Assembly (NCBI GenBank): GCA_030264375.1
Contig: JASCQW010000099.1
Location: 75,747,852-75,811,816 of the forward strand
Direction: 5' to 3'
Source of the DNA: Carcharhinus longimanus
Lineage: Eukaryota
Length of the DNA: 63,965 bases
A program made the position numbers and the translations under genes. Below the pieces are notes generated by a model. That model did no database searches. It saw only the letters and a list, made by a program, of their open reading frames with translations, and was not told where the DNA came from. Below are positions 24,884 to 37,364 of the stretch, in pieces. The stretch's first letter is position 1. Every line of letters begins with the position of its first letter.

Positions 24884-26650
24884 ACAGATTAGTTTTGGTG
24901 ACAACCTACATGTGAGTATCTGACTCAATTAAAGTTTGGAAAAGAGGGATACTCATTCGAATGTCTGATTGAGAGTGAAGGGAGTTGTGGAGGCAGTGCC
25001 AGTTCCTGAGGGGCAGTCAAATTAGCGAACCTGGTGTGGCCAGCAACTCAAGATGGTTAAAAAGACACAGAGAATTAAAACAAAGAGAAATTAGCCTTCA
25101 GTAGTGCTACACTTTTTTTTCTCTCTGGCAGGGAGGAAAACAAAGGAAACAATTTTTTCAGGTTTAAAAAGAAGAATTCTGGATAGAAGGCAAAGAATTG
25201 CTTCAGTTCAATATGTTCAGAAGATAAGGGGAACAAAAGCTACAGTGAGCAGCAGGGCTTGTCCCAGAAGCAAGGGAAAGTGAGAAGCAGAGATTTGCAG
25301 GTCTCCTGATCTGAACAAGGCCTGCAGGAGATCTGGATGGCAATCCGTGCACTGAGGGACTACAGGTAGTCAAGATTTGAAGTTGTGGACCTGAAGAGGT
25401 TTTCTGCTTGCCTGGAACAGAGAAGAAAATTGGTTTCGAAGTTCTTAAAAGAAGATATTGGCTACACTTGACAAGTTCAATGGTAGAAAGGAAAAAAATT
25501 GTCCCAAGGAACTGCAGCACCTCTCCTGAAAGCACGAGAAAATAAAGAGACTGCGACTCTCAGGCTCCAGATCCGAGCATAGCCAATGTTGGGTCCCTGG
25601 TAGCAATTCCTGCACTGTTTGAAAATAAAGCAGTTGAAAAAGGTTTTAAAAATACATTCCCGACTGGTGCCAGTTGTGAAATTGGCAAAAAAAGACCAAG
25701 GTTAGAACAAGGAAAGAAAAACAGACTCTGCAGGCACCCAGAAAAAATGGAAAACTGCGGAAGTAGAGGTAGAAACCTTCCACCAGCTAGAAAAATGAGT
25801 TAAACAGTTAAAAAAAAGGTTCAAGAATGGAAGAGCTGTAGTTTCCTGCCAAAACTGCAAAAGAATCTGTAGAGCACACATAAACGGAATCAGCAGCTGT
25901 TGGCAGTAAGAAAACTTTGACAGTCTTAAAGCAGTAATGTGTTTAAAGTTGTACAACATTTAATGCAAAACCGTAAGAAGGAACAAACAGCAAGGGATAG
26001 GAAAATCAAAGAAGACACCAGAGAGACAGCAATTCTAAAAAGAGGACCCACAGGGCAATGCAGGACCTCAGCAGAGGAAACTAAGGCCTCAAACAAGAGA
26101 TGGTGCTCAATTCAGATTCAGAGTAAAAGACCCCAGAGAAGGATAAGCATTGAGAAAATCTGGAGAGGGTGGCGCACTGGTAGACCCTGGAGAAGGGAAA
26201 ATGCTGAGAAAACTCCATAGAGAGTGGTGTGTACCACTCTGAAGTGGAGGGGAGTGGGCATTGGGAAACCCTGGTGAAAATCCAGGCAAAGGGCAATGGA
26301 AGACCATCAGTGACTAAGCTGAAGGCAGCAAGATTCAGTGGCGTCCCATCCTGTTGTATTGTCATGAGAAGTTCCTTGGAAGTTTTAGCAATAAACTGCA
26401 AGCAAGTGATGAAACTCTAATCAGTCAGAAAATAAACTATGCCACAGCAGAAGAAGAAACAAGAGTGAAGAGAAAGGAATTGGATACATTTCACTAAGAA
26501 CTATTACAAATCCAAAAAACCTAAAGGTTTGTGACCCTAATCTAATGGCGAAACATCCAAAAAGAATAACAGGAAAAAAGAAGAAATGCTGGATTTAGAA
26601 GTAAGGTATGTTGCAACCACAACAAAAGGAATATAGCAATTCTAGGCAAA
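24884..26650 (+). mobile_element. Decayed LTR-retrotransposon internal region (gag/protease side)
   Basis: Purine-rich, coding-like sequence directly after the PBS, with a possible zinc-knuckle remnant (CQNCK..H, ~25845). No intact ORF or RT seen. Confidence 0.4.
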
Positions 26651-27219
26651 CATGCAAGGGGCAATCTTACTAGCTCATCATGCCAGTCAATCAACATGGC
26701 GAGCTGGTAAGTTCGTGAGAGAGACAAAAAACTGGGTTCACGCATCTATATGCTGGATCATAATGGCCTGTGTCATGGGGAGTCTGACANNNNNNNNNNN
26801 NNNNNNNNNNNNNNNNNNNNNNNNNNNNNNNNNNNNCCCCTATAATTAGAGTGCCAATATGTCAAATAGTCAAGAAGTTTCAAAGCTTAATATCTTTTGT
26901 AAACATCAGTGTTCCCCATGTTTTGTACAGATGATCTATTTTGTTAGAAATTTTGCACAGATTTACTAGCGTAATCAAAAGGAAAACTGACAAAACTCAG
27001 AAATATGACAGCAGCAAAATGACAAATGAAATGAATATGCTTAAGCTGTGGGGGCCTTTTATCCTGCCCTTGGTTAAAAAATAGATAAAAATGTAATGCC
27101 CGTCTGGCCTTTTTGCCCATGCAATGAGTGCAAATTTGCATGGGTAATGTAACATCTACAGTAATAAACTTTGTAATGGCCTTAGTTAGGCCTTTAATTG
27201 TCAGCGGTGCAAGTCCATG

Positions 27220-28880
27220 CGATATTGAATGCCTGGAACATGCTGCTAGAAGAGGTGGTGGAAGCAGGTTCTATAACAACATTCAAGAGGCATCTGGATA
27301 GATACTTGAATAGGCAGGGAATAGAGGGATATGGACCAGATAGAGGCAAGAAAATATTAGATTGGAGAAGCATCTCTAATATTTTCTTGCTTTTACGTGA
27401 GCATTGGTCCTATAGAAAGTGAGTTTTTGGAATTAATGGTGGAAAATAAGTAGATGGCAGATGAATTGAACCAATATTTTGCATTGTCTTCATTATGGAG
27501 GTTACAAGTAACATCCCAGGAATAGTTGTAAATCGGGAAATGGAAGATGAGAGGAACTCGTGAAAATTACAATCACCAGGGAAATGATATTGAGCAAATT
27601 GTTGGAGCTGTGGACTGACAAACTCCCAGGTCCCGATGGACTTAATTCTAAATTCTTAACAGATGTGGCAAGTGATCTACCTGATACATTAATTTTAATG
27701 TTGGCACAGACTTGGTGGGCCAAAGGGCCTGTTCCTGTGCTGTACTGTTCTTTGTTCTTTCTTCTAATATTGCCTCCTGCTGATGTCAATGTTGCATGCA
27801 TGCAGGTTGACATCAGGAAGCATGCCTAACGTCATTTTGCACAATTTTATGTGCATTCAATTCAGGTACAGACTCGATCTCGGAATGTAAAATTCAGACC
27901 ATAATTGCCAAAAGATGGGCAGCAAATCAGGAGATTGGATAGCATATAAAAAAACAGCCGACAATGACCAAAAGATTGATAAGGAAGGAAAAATTAGAAC
28001 ACGAGCGAAAGCCAGCTAAAAATATAAAGACAGATGGTGAGAGTTTTGATGGATATTTTAAAAAGAAGGGCTAATGATGTGAGCATTGGTCCTATAGAAA
28101 GTGAGTCTTGGGAATTAATAATGGAAAATAAGTAGATGGCAGATGAACCAATATTTTGCATTGGTCTTCATTATGGAGACTGCAAGTAACATCCCAGAAA
28201 TAGTTGTAAATCAGGAAATGGCAGATGAGAGGAACTCGGGAAAATTACAACCACCTGGGAAATGATATTGAGCAAATTGTTGGAACTGTGGGCTGACAAA
28301 TTCCCAGGTCCCGATGGACTCAATTCTAAATTCTTAACAGATGTGACAAATGAGATGGATGATGCATTAATTTTAATTTTCCTAAAGTCCCTAGATTTGG
28401 GGAAGGTATGCATGGAATAGAATCAGCAGGGGAAGAATTCCCTGGTGGGAGTAATCTATAGGTGTGCTAACAGTGGTTTCACAGTAGGACACAGTATAAA
28501 CTAGGAAACACTGGGTGCTTATAATGAAGGGGAACACAGAAATGACAAAACCACTAAGTCACAGGTAATGCAGAGATTAAAGAACAAAGAAAAGTATAGC
28601 ACAGGAACAGGCCCTTTGGCCTTCCAAGCCTGTGCTGATCATAAACTAAAAAAAAGTTTCTGCCCTTACTCAATCCATATTCCTCTATTCCCTTTAAAGG
28701 GATGGGGGTAACTGGCATGGATAGGAGATTGTTTGGTTCACAGGAAACAGAATGTAGCCATAAATTGTATCATTTTCTGTTTGGTAAGGGTCGTAAGCAG
28801 TGTGCCACAGGAATCCGTTCTGGGGCCTCAACATTTTACAATTCATATAAGTGACTTGGATGAAGGGAACAAAATATTGG
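27220..28880 (+). mobile_element. Cluster of CR1 LINE fragments
   Basis: AWNMLLEEVVEAGSITTFKRHLDRYL, DKLPGPDGL and KSLDLGKV motifs; minus-strand CR1 tail at ~28580-28695. Confidence 0.8.
27397..28377 (+). repeat. Local direct duplication of ~300 bp (27397-27699 and 28079-28377)
   Basis: Both copies run GTGAGCATTGGTCCTATAGAAAGTGAGT ... CATTAATTTTAAT and are roughly 90% alike by eye. Confidence 0.85.
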
Positions 28881-29869
28881 AGGTGATCTTGAGCCAAGCC
28901 TGTCATTCATGAGAGTGCTGGCGGGGGCTCAAGATCCAGAGGTCACAGATCTTGCCTCCATCTTCAAGCTCGTTTTCATGGGCAGCACCATGCTGCTTGA
29001 CCCATGGACCCTCATATGTCACTGAGTCAGATCAGTACTGTGCCTGGAATTGGAGAGTACGGAGATCTCCTTACCCTTGGTGCCACACAACACTGTTTAT
29101 CTGGACCCAACTGTGCTGTGGGACTCATGCTGGCATCACAGCAAAGGTCTGAAGTTTGACCAGGGATGGAGTGCAAGCTGAGGCTAGGGTGTGAGGGGGG
29201 TTGTGATGTTACAGAGACAATGGAGTGAGGGGGATTCTTATGTTATGAAGACAAGGGAGGGCCAATGTGAAAGAGGAGGAAGGGTGGGGTTAAAATGGCA
29301 TGCAGAGGGACAAGGAAATGGATGAAGAAGATGAACAATGGAAGGCAGAAGGAAGACTGAGAGAAGGGAACCTGGACCCCAACTAGAGAGCATGAAAATT
29401 CACAAACAAGGGGATCAAAGGGACACCACATCTTTCATTGGAAGGGGATGAATGAAAACTCCAGATAAGGCAGGAAGAGGCCCAAATGGAACATAAATGA
29501 CTTGCACAAGATGGGCTTCGGGATGGCACGGTTGTATCTAGAAACAGACTTATTCTTGAGGCTGCTAGCCTTTTCCCTCTGGTTTGCTAACATCCTGCAC
29601 TGTCTGGTGAAGACAGGTGGCTGGAGAGAGGGATATGAATGTGTTTGCCTGGTATTTAAATATGGTGCCGGGACCTTTGAGCCCATCAGCTGATGAAACA
29701 GCTGCTGGTCCTCCAGGAGAGCTGGAGGGGAACTCACTTGTGCAAAATCAATGAGCTTCCAGGCATGGAATCTGGCACGGGATCCCAATATTCTAGTCAG
29801 CAGGATGGGTGACGCTGGAGCCTCCCACCACTGCACTTAGACTCTGGGCAGAGTTCTCACATTTTGAGA

Positions 29870-30045
29870 CTTTGAATAGTTTTAAGCCAGAGGTAGATAG
29901 ATTTTTGATAAGCAAGAGGGTGAAAAGTTATTCGGGGTAGGCAGGAATGTTAAGTTGAAGTTAAAATTAGATCAATTGTGATCTTACTGTGGAACAGCCT
30001 CAAAGGGCTGAGTGGCACACTCCTGCTCCTAATTTGCATGTTCGT
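29870..30045 (+). mobile_element. CR1 LINE 3' end
   Basis: TTTAAG..AGAGGTAGATAGATTTTTG..GGGCTGAGTGGC..CTCCTGCTCCTAAT tail. Confidence 0.7.
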
Positions 30046-30850
30046 ATCCATTTATACTGGTTTAAAATCTAGTCTTGTGTATCAATGTGCAGAATAGATT
30101 GGTTTCCCATCAGTGACAAAACCAGTGGATTCCAGTCATCATAATTTGTTAAAGCCAGATTATAGCTTGAATGCCTGAGTTTGCCAAGGTATACGATAAA
30201 TAGATCCTATAAAATTTTAGCTTAAAAGGGAAAGACGTTTAAATCAGTAAAGTAATATAGACTGAACTTGCCATCTGAAGAGTGTGCAAAAGCTGAAGTT
30301 ATTGAGAGTAGTAAGTTCTTTTCACTAATTAAGTAAGACAATAGTCCACCATCGACAGCACAGGTTCAATCCCCTTATCGGTTTTGGTGGTTCATAGAGG
30401 CTTGCCTCCTCACTTTGCCCCATGCTTGCAGAGTCTTGTTCCTGAAGCTAAATATGTAACCCATTGTCTCTTTCTAATAGAGAGAGATGCATTGATCCTT
30501 TGCGGACTATGGTTATTATCACCACCACATTGCACTCAGAAAGCAATCCAATAATAACCACCGGTCTGTGATTTTTATCTTGTCCGTATAGTTGGTGAAA
30601 ACAAAAATGGCCAAATTTTAAATTTTCTAAAAAAATATGGTGCTGGATCTTCTCCAGAGTTCTGAAAGTTAATGTATTTTAAAAATAAATGGCTACTAGT
30701 TCTTGAAAGCTGTAATATTTTTTCCCAATGCGCCCAACTTTGTTATGTTGCGGTTATGTTTACTAAACTGAAATTTTCACCAATCACAGTTTTACAAAGA
30801 GAAATTTTGTTTTTTTTGGGATTTGTTTTAAATCTAAATTTCTTCTTCAG

Positions 30851-30993
30851 GAGCTGCAGAAACTTGAATTGAAACTAAATGAAACTAAGTGCCATTTGGA
30901 GCATGTCCAGCAGGATGCAGCAAGATCGAAGGATGAATGTCTAAAGCTGATGGAACTACTGAGCAAATCTGAGCACCAACTGCACCTCACCAG
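30851..30993 (+). CDS. SDCCAG8: SDCCAG8 internal coding exon (equivalent to human exon ~13); coiled-coil centrosomal/ciliary protein
   Basis: Acceptor ttttcttcttcag, donor AG|gtacaa. Open 143 bp, phase 0 to 2. Translates ELQKLELKLNETKCHLEHVQQDAARSKDECLKLMELLSKSEHQLHLTR, matching recalled human SDCCAG8 EIEKLRIELDESKQHLEQEQQKAALAREECLRLTELLGESEHQLHLTR. Confidence 0.93.
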
Positions 30994-32466
30994 GTACAAA
31001 TAATCCTGTTATCTGCCAGTGGCACTTCATAACGCCAGCATCAAGCTGCCTGTCTCTACTGCAGGCAATAAAACATTTTACAGATATTTTTGGGGCTTTT
31101 CAATACCAACTGTTCACATTTTTGCCTACTAATTGCTGCAGTATTAACAGGTGAAGCTATTAAAATACCAAACTGCAGGTATGTAATTATAGAAAACCAA
31201 ATGTGATGATTTTTCTAATCTGTCTTAAGGGAAAAGCAGCATGANNNNNNNNNNNNNNNNNNNNNNNNNNNNNNNNNNNNNNNNNNNNNNNNNNNNNNNN
31301 NNNNNNNNNNNNNNNNNNNNNNNNNNNNNNNNNNNNNNNNNNNNCATGATGTTTGTAACATATGGACGGGTGATGGGATTACCAGATGTTCTGAGGTTTT
31401 TGTTTTTTTTTAATTTTCTAAGATCTCTTGTATTCTGTCAGTTTGAGTTGTAATGATGTGGGGAACAGCACAACGTACAATATTGTATCATGATAAATGG
31501 TCTTAATAAGAGGTTGTTATAACACGATGAGTAAGCCATTTGTATAATAATTTTTTGTTTGTTTTCTTTGTTAACTTGTCAACCTTTGTTTATTTTTCCT
31601 GTTGTACCAACAATTACAGTACCTCCTTAAATTTACTACATCTCAGTCTGTGATTGGCATAGTCACAATGAGTTAAGTCACATTTCAGTAATCAAACATC
31701 CGATATTGAACCACATTTGAGGGAGTAGAGATTCTGTATAGCGCCCCTTCACAGTGGTAGGCAATTTCAAATTCATTCAGATGGTATAAGATTCTCAGTC
31801 TTGAAATTTCTTTCCATTAATTTTGTTTTCTGTATGATTTCCCCCCATTTTCACCAGACCCTTTCTCCTGAACACAGTGAATCATGCTGGGTTATTGTTC
31901 TTTGCACTTCAGTTACGCCCCAGCATCTTGCTCAAGTGATTATTCTTAGTCAATGTGAGATTATCACAGCCAACTGCAGTCCTGCCTTTGTCTGACATCC
32001 ACGCAAGACTAGTTGTAACAGAAAGCAATAGAATGAGCTTGTATTTAACACTAGTCTCATTTTCTTCTCCCTTTGTGTAGATGCTGAAGGCAATTGCCAT
32101 ATCTTTACCTCACTCCAGCTATGTCAACATATAGTTGCTGTGGTTCAGTAGAGTGGTGCATTTAACTCCTGAGCTACATGCTCTTTTTAGGAAATATTCT
32201 GCCCTTTTTCTGATTAAAACTTAAACCATCTATGGATGAGTTGGATGAGCTGTTTCCTGTCCTTTGCCAGTCAGCTCTTTAATTGCTGTTGGGCAAGGCT
32301 TGGGAATGAAGATTTATGGTGCAAACCTGAATCCAAAAATCCTATTGACGCATTATCGTTTAGGTTGCTGCATTTCTCCTTTCTGTTATTTCTGGCATTA
32401 TGATAACCATGCACATAATATTGCGATGATAAAGGATTCAAACTTATTTACAAAGTTAGAAATTTA

Positions 32467-33705
32467 AACTTGCATTTATATCGTATTTTTAATGACCACC
32501 AGACGTCTCAGGGCTTTACAGCCAATGAAGTACTTTTGAAGTATAGTCACGGGGCGTGATATTATCAAAAAAATTTTAAGTCCAGGCGGGAAAACTGGAG
32601 AGTTTCCGATCCATTTTTTCAGCAAGGCCAGCTATCAAACCTTATGCACTCTGTGCAAAAACAGGCCTCAATCTGATTTCCACCTGTAGGAGAAGTGGAC
32701 AGGGCCTAAGTCGCCCGAAAGCCAATTGATAGCAGCGGAGGGCACCATAGCGCAGGTGCAGATTTCTGGCTGAAACCAGCAGAAACTTGTCACAGCCTCT
32801 GCTGCTATAACAAGCCTTCCTCCATGGCCTAAACCTGGTACCATCCACTGGCCCTTCCTCACTTTGTTCCCCGCCTAGCAGGCCCCACCCCCTCCATGGC
32901 CCTGTCCTTTGGTAATGCCTGGTTTCTCATGGACACTCAGGGTGCCCAGTGGTCAGTGCCAGCTTGCCAGGATAGCAGTGCCAGTTGGCACTACCCAAAG
33001 GGCAGCCTTCTTGCTCCTGACCTCCAGGGGAGAGGGGGGGCCTACTGGCAAGGTTAGCACGTCAAGTTCCCATAGATGAGGGAACCATATGTGATCCTCA
33101 CCAAATAGAATATTCTCCACCAATGCTACATGACCACCAAGTGAGCCTGGTGATACTGTCCTGGGCCCACTAATTTCATATAAATGATGATTTTAATATA
33201 TTTAAATAATCAAAGCCTTGCACCAGATATCTAATGCTGGTAAGATCATGAGATGCGAGAAATCAGGTACGAACCTGATTTCCCAGCTCTCTCGCCATCT
33301 TGCTGACACGCCCCGCCCATTGGCCAGTAGGGTGCAATGGTAAAATCTCCCCCATTGTTATAATGTAACAATAATAATGAAATAGCCAAATTATTTATTC
33401 AAACACTCACAAACAGGAATGTGATAATGACCAGATAACCTGTTTTTTTGTGTGATGTTTATTGAGGGATGAATGTTGGCCAGGACACTGAGGATAAACT
33501 CCCCTAGTTTTCTTCAAAATAGTGCCATAGGACCTTTTACATCAACCCAAGCAGGCAAGTGGGACTTCAGTCTAGCATCTCATCTAAAGAAGGCACCGCC
33601 AACAATGCAGCATTCCCTCAGTGCTGTCCTGGAATGTCAGCATAGATTTTGTCATCAAGCCCTGCAATGGGACTTGAACCCAGAACCTTGTAACTCAGAG
33701 GCAAG
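32467..33705 (-). mobile_element. Deu-core SINE split by a Harbinger-type insertion
   Basis: 32467-32550 (..GAAGTATAGTCAC) continues at 33354 (ATTGTTATAATGT..ATAGTGCCATAGGA..CTTGAACCCAG); compare the uninterrupted GTATAGTCACTGTTTTAATGT at 14577. Confidence 0.75.
32552..33353. mobile_element. Non-autonomous PIF/Harbinger-type element (~800 bp)
   Basis: TIRs GGGCGTGATATTATC / GGTAAAATCTCCCCC (11/15 match); GC-rich interior related to 49595-50659. Confidence 0.7.
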
Positions 33706-33734
33706 TAAATTAGTTATGTCTACTAAATCAGCTG

Positions 33735-33912
33735 GCTCCTTCACTGTCACTGGATCAAAATTCTGGAACTCCCCTTCTAATAGCACTGTGGATGTACCTA
33801 CAACTCATGATTGCAGCGGTTCAAGAAGGCAGCTCACCATCATTTTATAGAGGGCAATTAGGGATAGCTGGTCTAGCCAATAACGTCCATATACCAAGAA
33901 TGAATTAAAAAG
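33735..33912 (+). mobile_element. LINE 3' end sharing its tail with the Nin-like SINE family
   Basis: TGGAACTCCCCTTC..GGTTCAAGAAGGCAGCTCACC..AGGGCAATTAGGGAT..ATGAATTAAAA. Confidence 0.65.
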
Positions 33913-35419
33913 AAAATGCAAGGCAGGTGGGCAGAGGGTCATTAGTTCACATGAGTTGACATTACGTTGACATAGAGGCTATAATGGGCCTTGAGGCTGG
34001 GTGGGATGGCATAAATTGATGTGTATGGGCACCAGGGGTGGGTAGAAAATGAGGGGTAATGACAAGAAGGCCAAATGTTTAAGAAAATAACTGAGACAAC
34101 TGTCCAAGGGAACTGAGGTGGGTTGTTTAAATTGCCCACCTCAACACTCAGCAGTCTCCATGGCCACCCACTTTCTGTATTTGGGGGTGGCAGTCCAAAC
34201 TCCACCCTTGATGAGGGTGTGGTGTGATTAGCATGAGAGGCTAGTAGTGCATTGGGTAGGAGATGTCGGGAAGGTGCAATTTGCCTCCCTTGATCAATAA
34301 CACATGAACCTCTGGCAATATTGCTGCCAGTTCCTCAGGGGCAGATTCCAGGCATTGGCCTCCATGAGCTGCATAATGTGATGTTAAAGCACACAACTAG
34401 TGCCCCTGCTGAGCATTCAGGTAGTTTGCAGCATCAAGGTGTGTGCTCAAAGGTGTAGGCAGGTCACAAATTGCAACCCTGTGCCCAAAAACAGGACTAC
34501 TTTTAGCCCTCAGAAGTGATGAGGCAATTAATAAAGCAAATTGAGTATTGTGATAGCTAGCCACACCAGTGGATTATAAGCCTACGAAGATTATGCTGAG
34601 ACTCTATGTTGCACAGGTCAAGCCTCTCTTGGGCTACTGGTTGGAATTTAATGACTGCAGCGGGGGCGCCTGACATCCATTACCAGAATTGGCGGCATCC
34701 CGCCAACCTGAATTCTAAGAACCCTGAGAGAATTATATCCCAATTGGCAACTCTGGGATCCAGCAAGGAAATTTAATTGCTGCACTTTATTCCAGTAGAG
34801 TAGGAATTTCGCTTCACAGAGCTGCCGACTAAGCTCAGGCTAGCAGCTCTCCACTACTAGCTGCACCACCAGAAGCAGTGGCTGATGTCAGTCATACAAT
34901 GAGCTTTCGCCAAGATTCTTGGGGAAAGATAAGTGAGGCTAGGATGGTGGTTGCAAAAGAGTCGCCAGCCAGAGAGAGATGGGAGGAAAATGCCAGGAGA
35001 TGTCTCTTAATAGTTTTGTCCCCATCCTAATGCCAGTCTCTCAATCAGGCACTGAGTGCCTTTGAATGAGGGAATCCCCTGCTCCCGGTAGCCTGCAAGC
35101 AAACCCAACAAGGTTTGAGTACCAGTGGCAGCAGGGTAAGGCCCTTATGTAGGCAATAACCGTCCATTTGAAGGCCTCAATTAGCAGCTGGGTGGGAATG
35201 GCACCAGCAAGCTTTCCTGCCTTAGACTTAATCGGGGGAGGTAGAGATGTAATGAGGTCTCCAACCGCATCCTCACACCTGATCACGTGCCCCCACCCCA
35301 CCCACCTCTGAGAATGACATTAAATTTTGTCCACTGTGAAAATCTGGCCACCACGCACAGGAACATTGGGCTAACAACAATTTATATATATATTATATAT
35401 ATAATTATTATATATGTTA

Positions 35420-35960
35420 TATACATAACAACAATTTATATATCTAGTCAGTATATATTGTGACTTGATGTAATAAAATGCCCCAAGGTGATTCATAGGA
35501 GCATTATTAAGTAAAACATGAAACTTAGCCATCTAAGAGGGTATTAGGCTGATGATCAAAAGCTTGGTCAAAGAGGTAGGTTTTAAGGAGTGCCTTAAAG
35601 GAGAAAAGCAAGGGAGGGAGGCACACAGGTGTAAAGAGGAAATTCCAAAGCTTAGGGCCTAAGGAACCTAAAGCGTGACTACTGTTAAGTGATTAAAATT
35701 GGGAATGTTTGAGAGGCCAGAATGAGATGAATACAGGTGCTTTTGAAGAGGTGATGAGGGATTAGAAAACAAGGATGAGAATTTTAAGATCAAGATGGTG
35801 TTTGGTGTCAGTGTAGGTCAGTAAGTTCAGGAATGTTAGGTGAATTGAACTTGGTGTGAGTCAAGACATAGGCAACAGAGATTTGCATAATTACATTTGT
35901 ATAAAGGGTAACCAGCCACGAGTGTAGGATGCTCATCTCAGGGCCAAGTGTGATGCCAAA
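35420..35960 (-). mobile_element. L2 LINE 3' end with an adjacent (TA)-rich tract at 35375-35445
   Basis: AAAGCTTGGTCAAAGAGGTAGGTTTTAAGGAGTG and AGGATGAGAATTTTAA; similar to 8732 and 62817. Confidence 0.7.
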
Positions 35961-36410
35961 GGTGTCCACAGACTAATTTAATCTCAAACTGCAGATAAAG
36001 CTGATGAGTTGAGGGCCACAGAAGGACAAATGGCAGCATGATGTAATTGCTGTAATGGAAACTTGGCCCAAAGAGGGGAAGAAATGGCAGCTCAACATCC
36101 CTGGATATAGAGTTTTCAGGTAGGATAGAGAGGGGGATAAAAAGATGGGGTGTAGCATTACTAGTTAAAGAGCCAATTACAGCTGTGTGGAGAGATGACA
36201 TATTAAATGAAACATCAAATGAGATCATATGGGTTGAGCTCAGAAATAAAGAAGGGGTAGCCACATTGCTAGAATTGTACTATTGACCTCTGAATAGTGG
36301 AAAGGAGTTTGAAAAGCAAATATGTAAATAAATTTGAGTGCAAAAAAAATAAGAACAATAATAGTTGGGGACTTCAGTTACCCTATTATGAACTGGGATA
36401 CAAACATTGT
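35960..36410 (+). mobile_element. CR1 endonuclease-region fragment
   Basis: IAVMETW, LNIPGYRVFR.DR, IWVELRNKEG and IVGDFSYP motifs readable on the + strand. Confidence 0.8.
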
Positions 36411-36503
36411 AAAAAGTCTGACAACACCAGGTTTTAGTCCAACCGATTTATTTGATAGTAAACTCACAAGCTTTTGAGGGGACTCCCTCTTCGTCAGGTG
36501 AAG
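36410..36503 (-). mobile_element. Penelope-like element terminal (pLTR) fragment
   Basis: Reverse complement gives CACCTGACGAAG..AATAAATCGGTTGGACTAAAACCTGGTGTTGTCAGACTTTT; the end is near-identical to 40837-40870. Confidence 0.75.
36465..36500 (-). ncRNA. Minimal type I hammerhead ribozyme remnant, probably inactive
   Basis: CAC-CUGACGA-A-GAGGG(AGUC)CCCUC-AAAA-GCUU-GUG: core box, 5-bp stem II and palindromic AAGCUU are present, but the GAAA box reads AAAA. Confidence 0.6.
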
Positions 36504-36539
36504 CAGTGCTAACCACGGTGCCACTGTGCTGCCCAAATA

Positions 36540-36900
36540 TTGAACAACATGTCCTGCCCTTCTTTGAACCAGGACTCTGTTGTCACCACACCTTCATAAT
36601 TACACATGGCTATCTACATCTGGAACTCAGCAATTTTACTTACCGCACTTAACAAATTTACAAATGTGCCCTGTAAGCCTAATCTAGAGTTTATTACTTT
36701 CCCTTTTATGCTGATCTCACCCAAATACATTACTGTTTCTTTCTTACTCTAGCAAAATTATATGCAGTGCTCTAGTATTACCTCCCTGCTAAGTTAGCTT
36801 AAACCCTCCTTTGCTCTGCAAAGAAATTGGTCCAGGCTCAACAGTCCGGCCTGTATAGATTCTCTCTTCTCCATGACCAATCCCAATGTCCCAAGACACT
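36540..36900 (-). mobile_element. CR1 fragment (ORF1 end / ORF2 start) in inverted orientation
   Basis: AATATTGAAC..GTCCTGCCCTTCTTTG..CTCTGTT, TTAGCTTAAACCCTCC and CCAATCCCAATG resemble reverse-complemented CR1. Confidence 0.55.
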
Positions 36901-37364
36901 GTTTAAATGAGGTTGTTAGAATTTCTCTGTAAATGGTTACAGTCCCTAACCAGACTGTAATAGCAGAGTGAGTGCATAGTGTGTCAGGCTCTGCTTCCCC
37001 AGTGCCAGCTTCTGAATGAAATTCACTTTTACCATGACCCTGGCTGCAGTGGTCTGGAGGCTTTGCCAGTAGATCGATATATGGTCAAAAATAATGGCAA
37101 GATATTTTGGCAGTGGGTTGTCAGAACTAGATTGAAGTACTTACCTGGCCTTCGAGTTGTTCAGGTGGAAGGCTGAAATGACACTCTTGGCACTGTTTGG
37201 TCAAAGTCTCTATTTCCTGAAATAGGGTTGAGAATACATGCACATAATTTTATGGAACATGGTTTATAAGTAGCAGGCAGAAGTAACCACATTGGAATAC
37301 GATGTGGTGATTAATGAACATCTTCTTTATAAAGGGACAGAGTAGATACTAAATATCCCTGGCA

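Noticed and set aside
28880-29860. Possible Harbinger Myb/SANT ORF remnant on the minus strand
   Set aside because: Only a vague ..SWVQ.. resemblance; too decayed to support.
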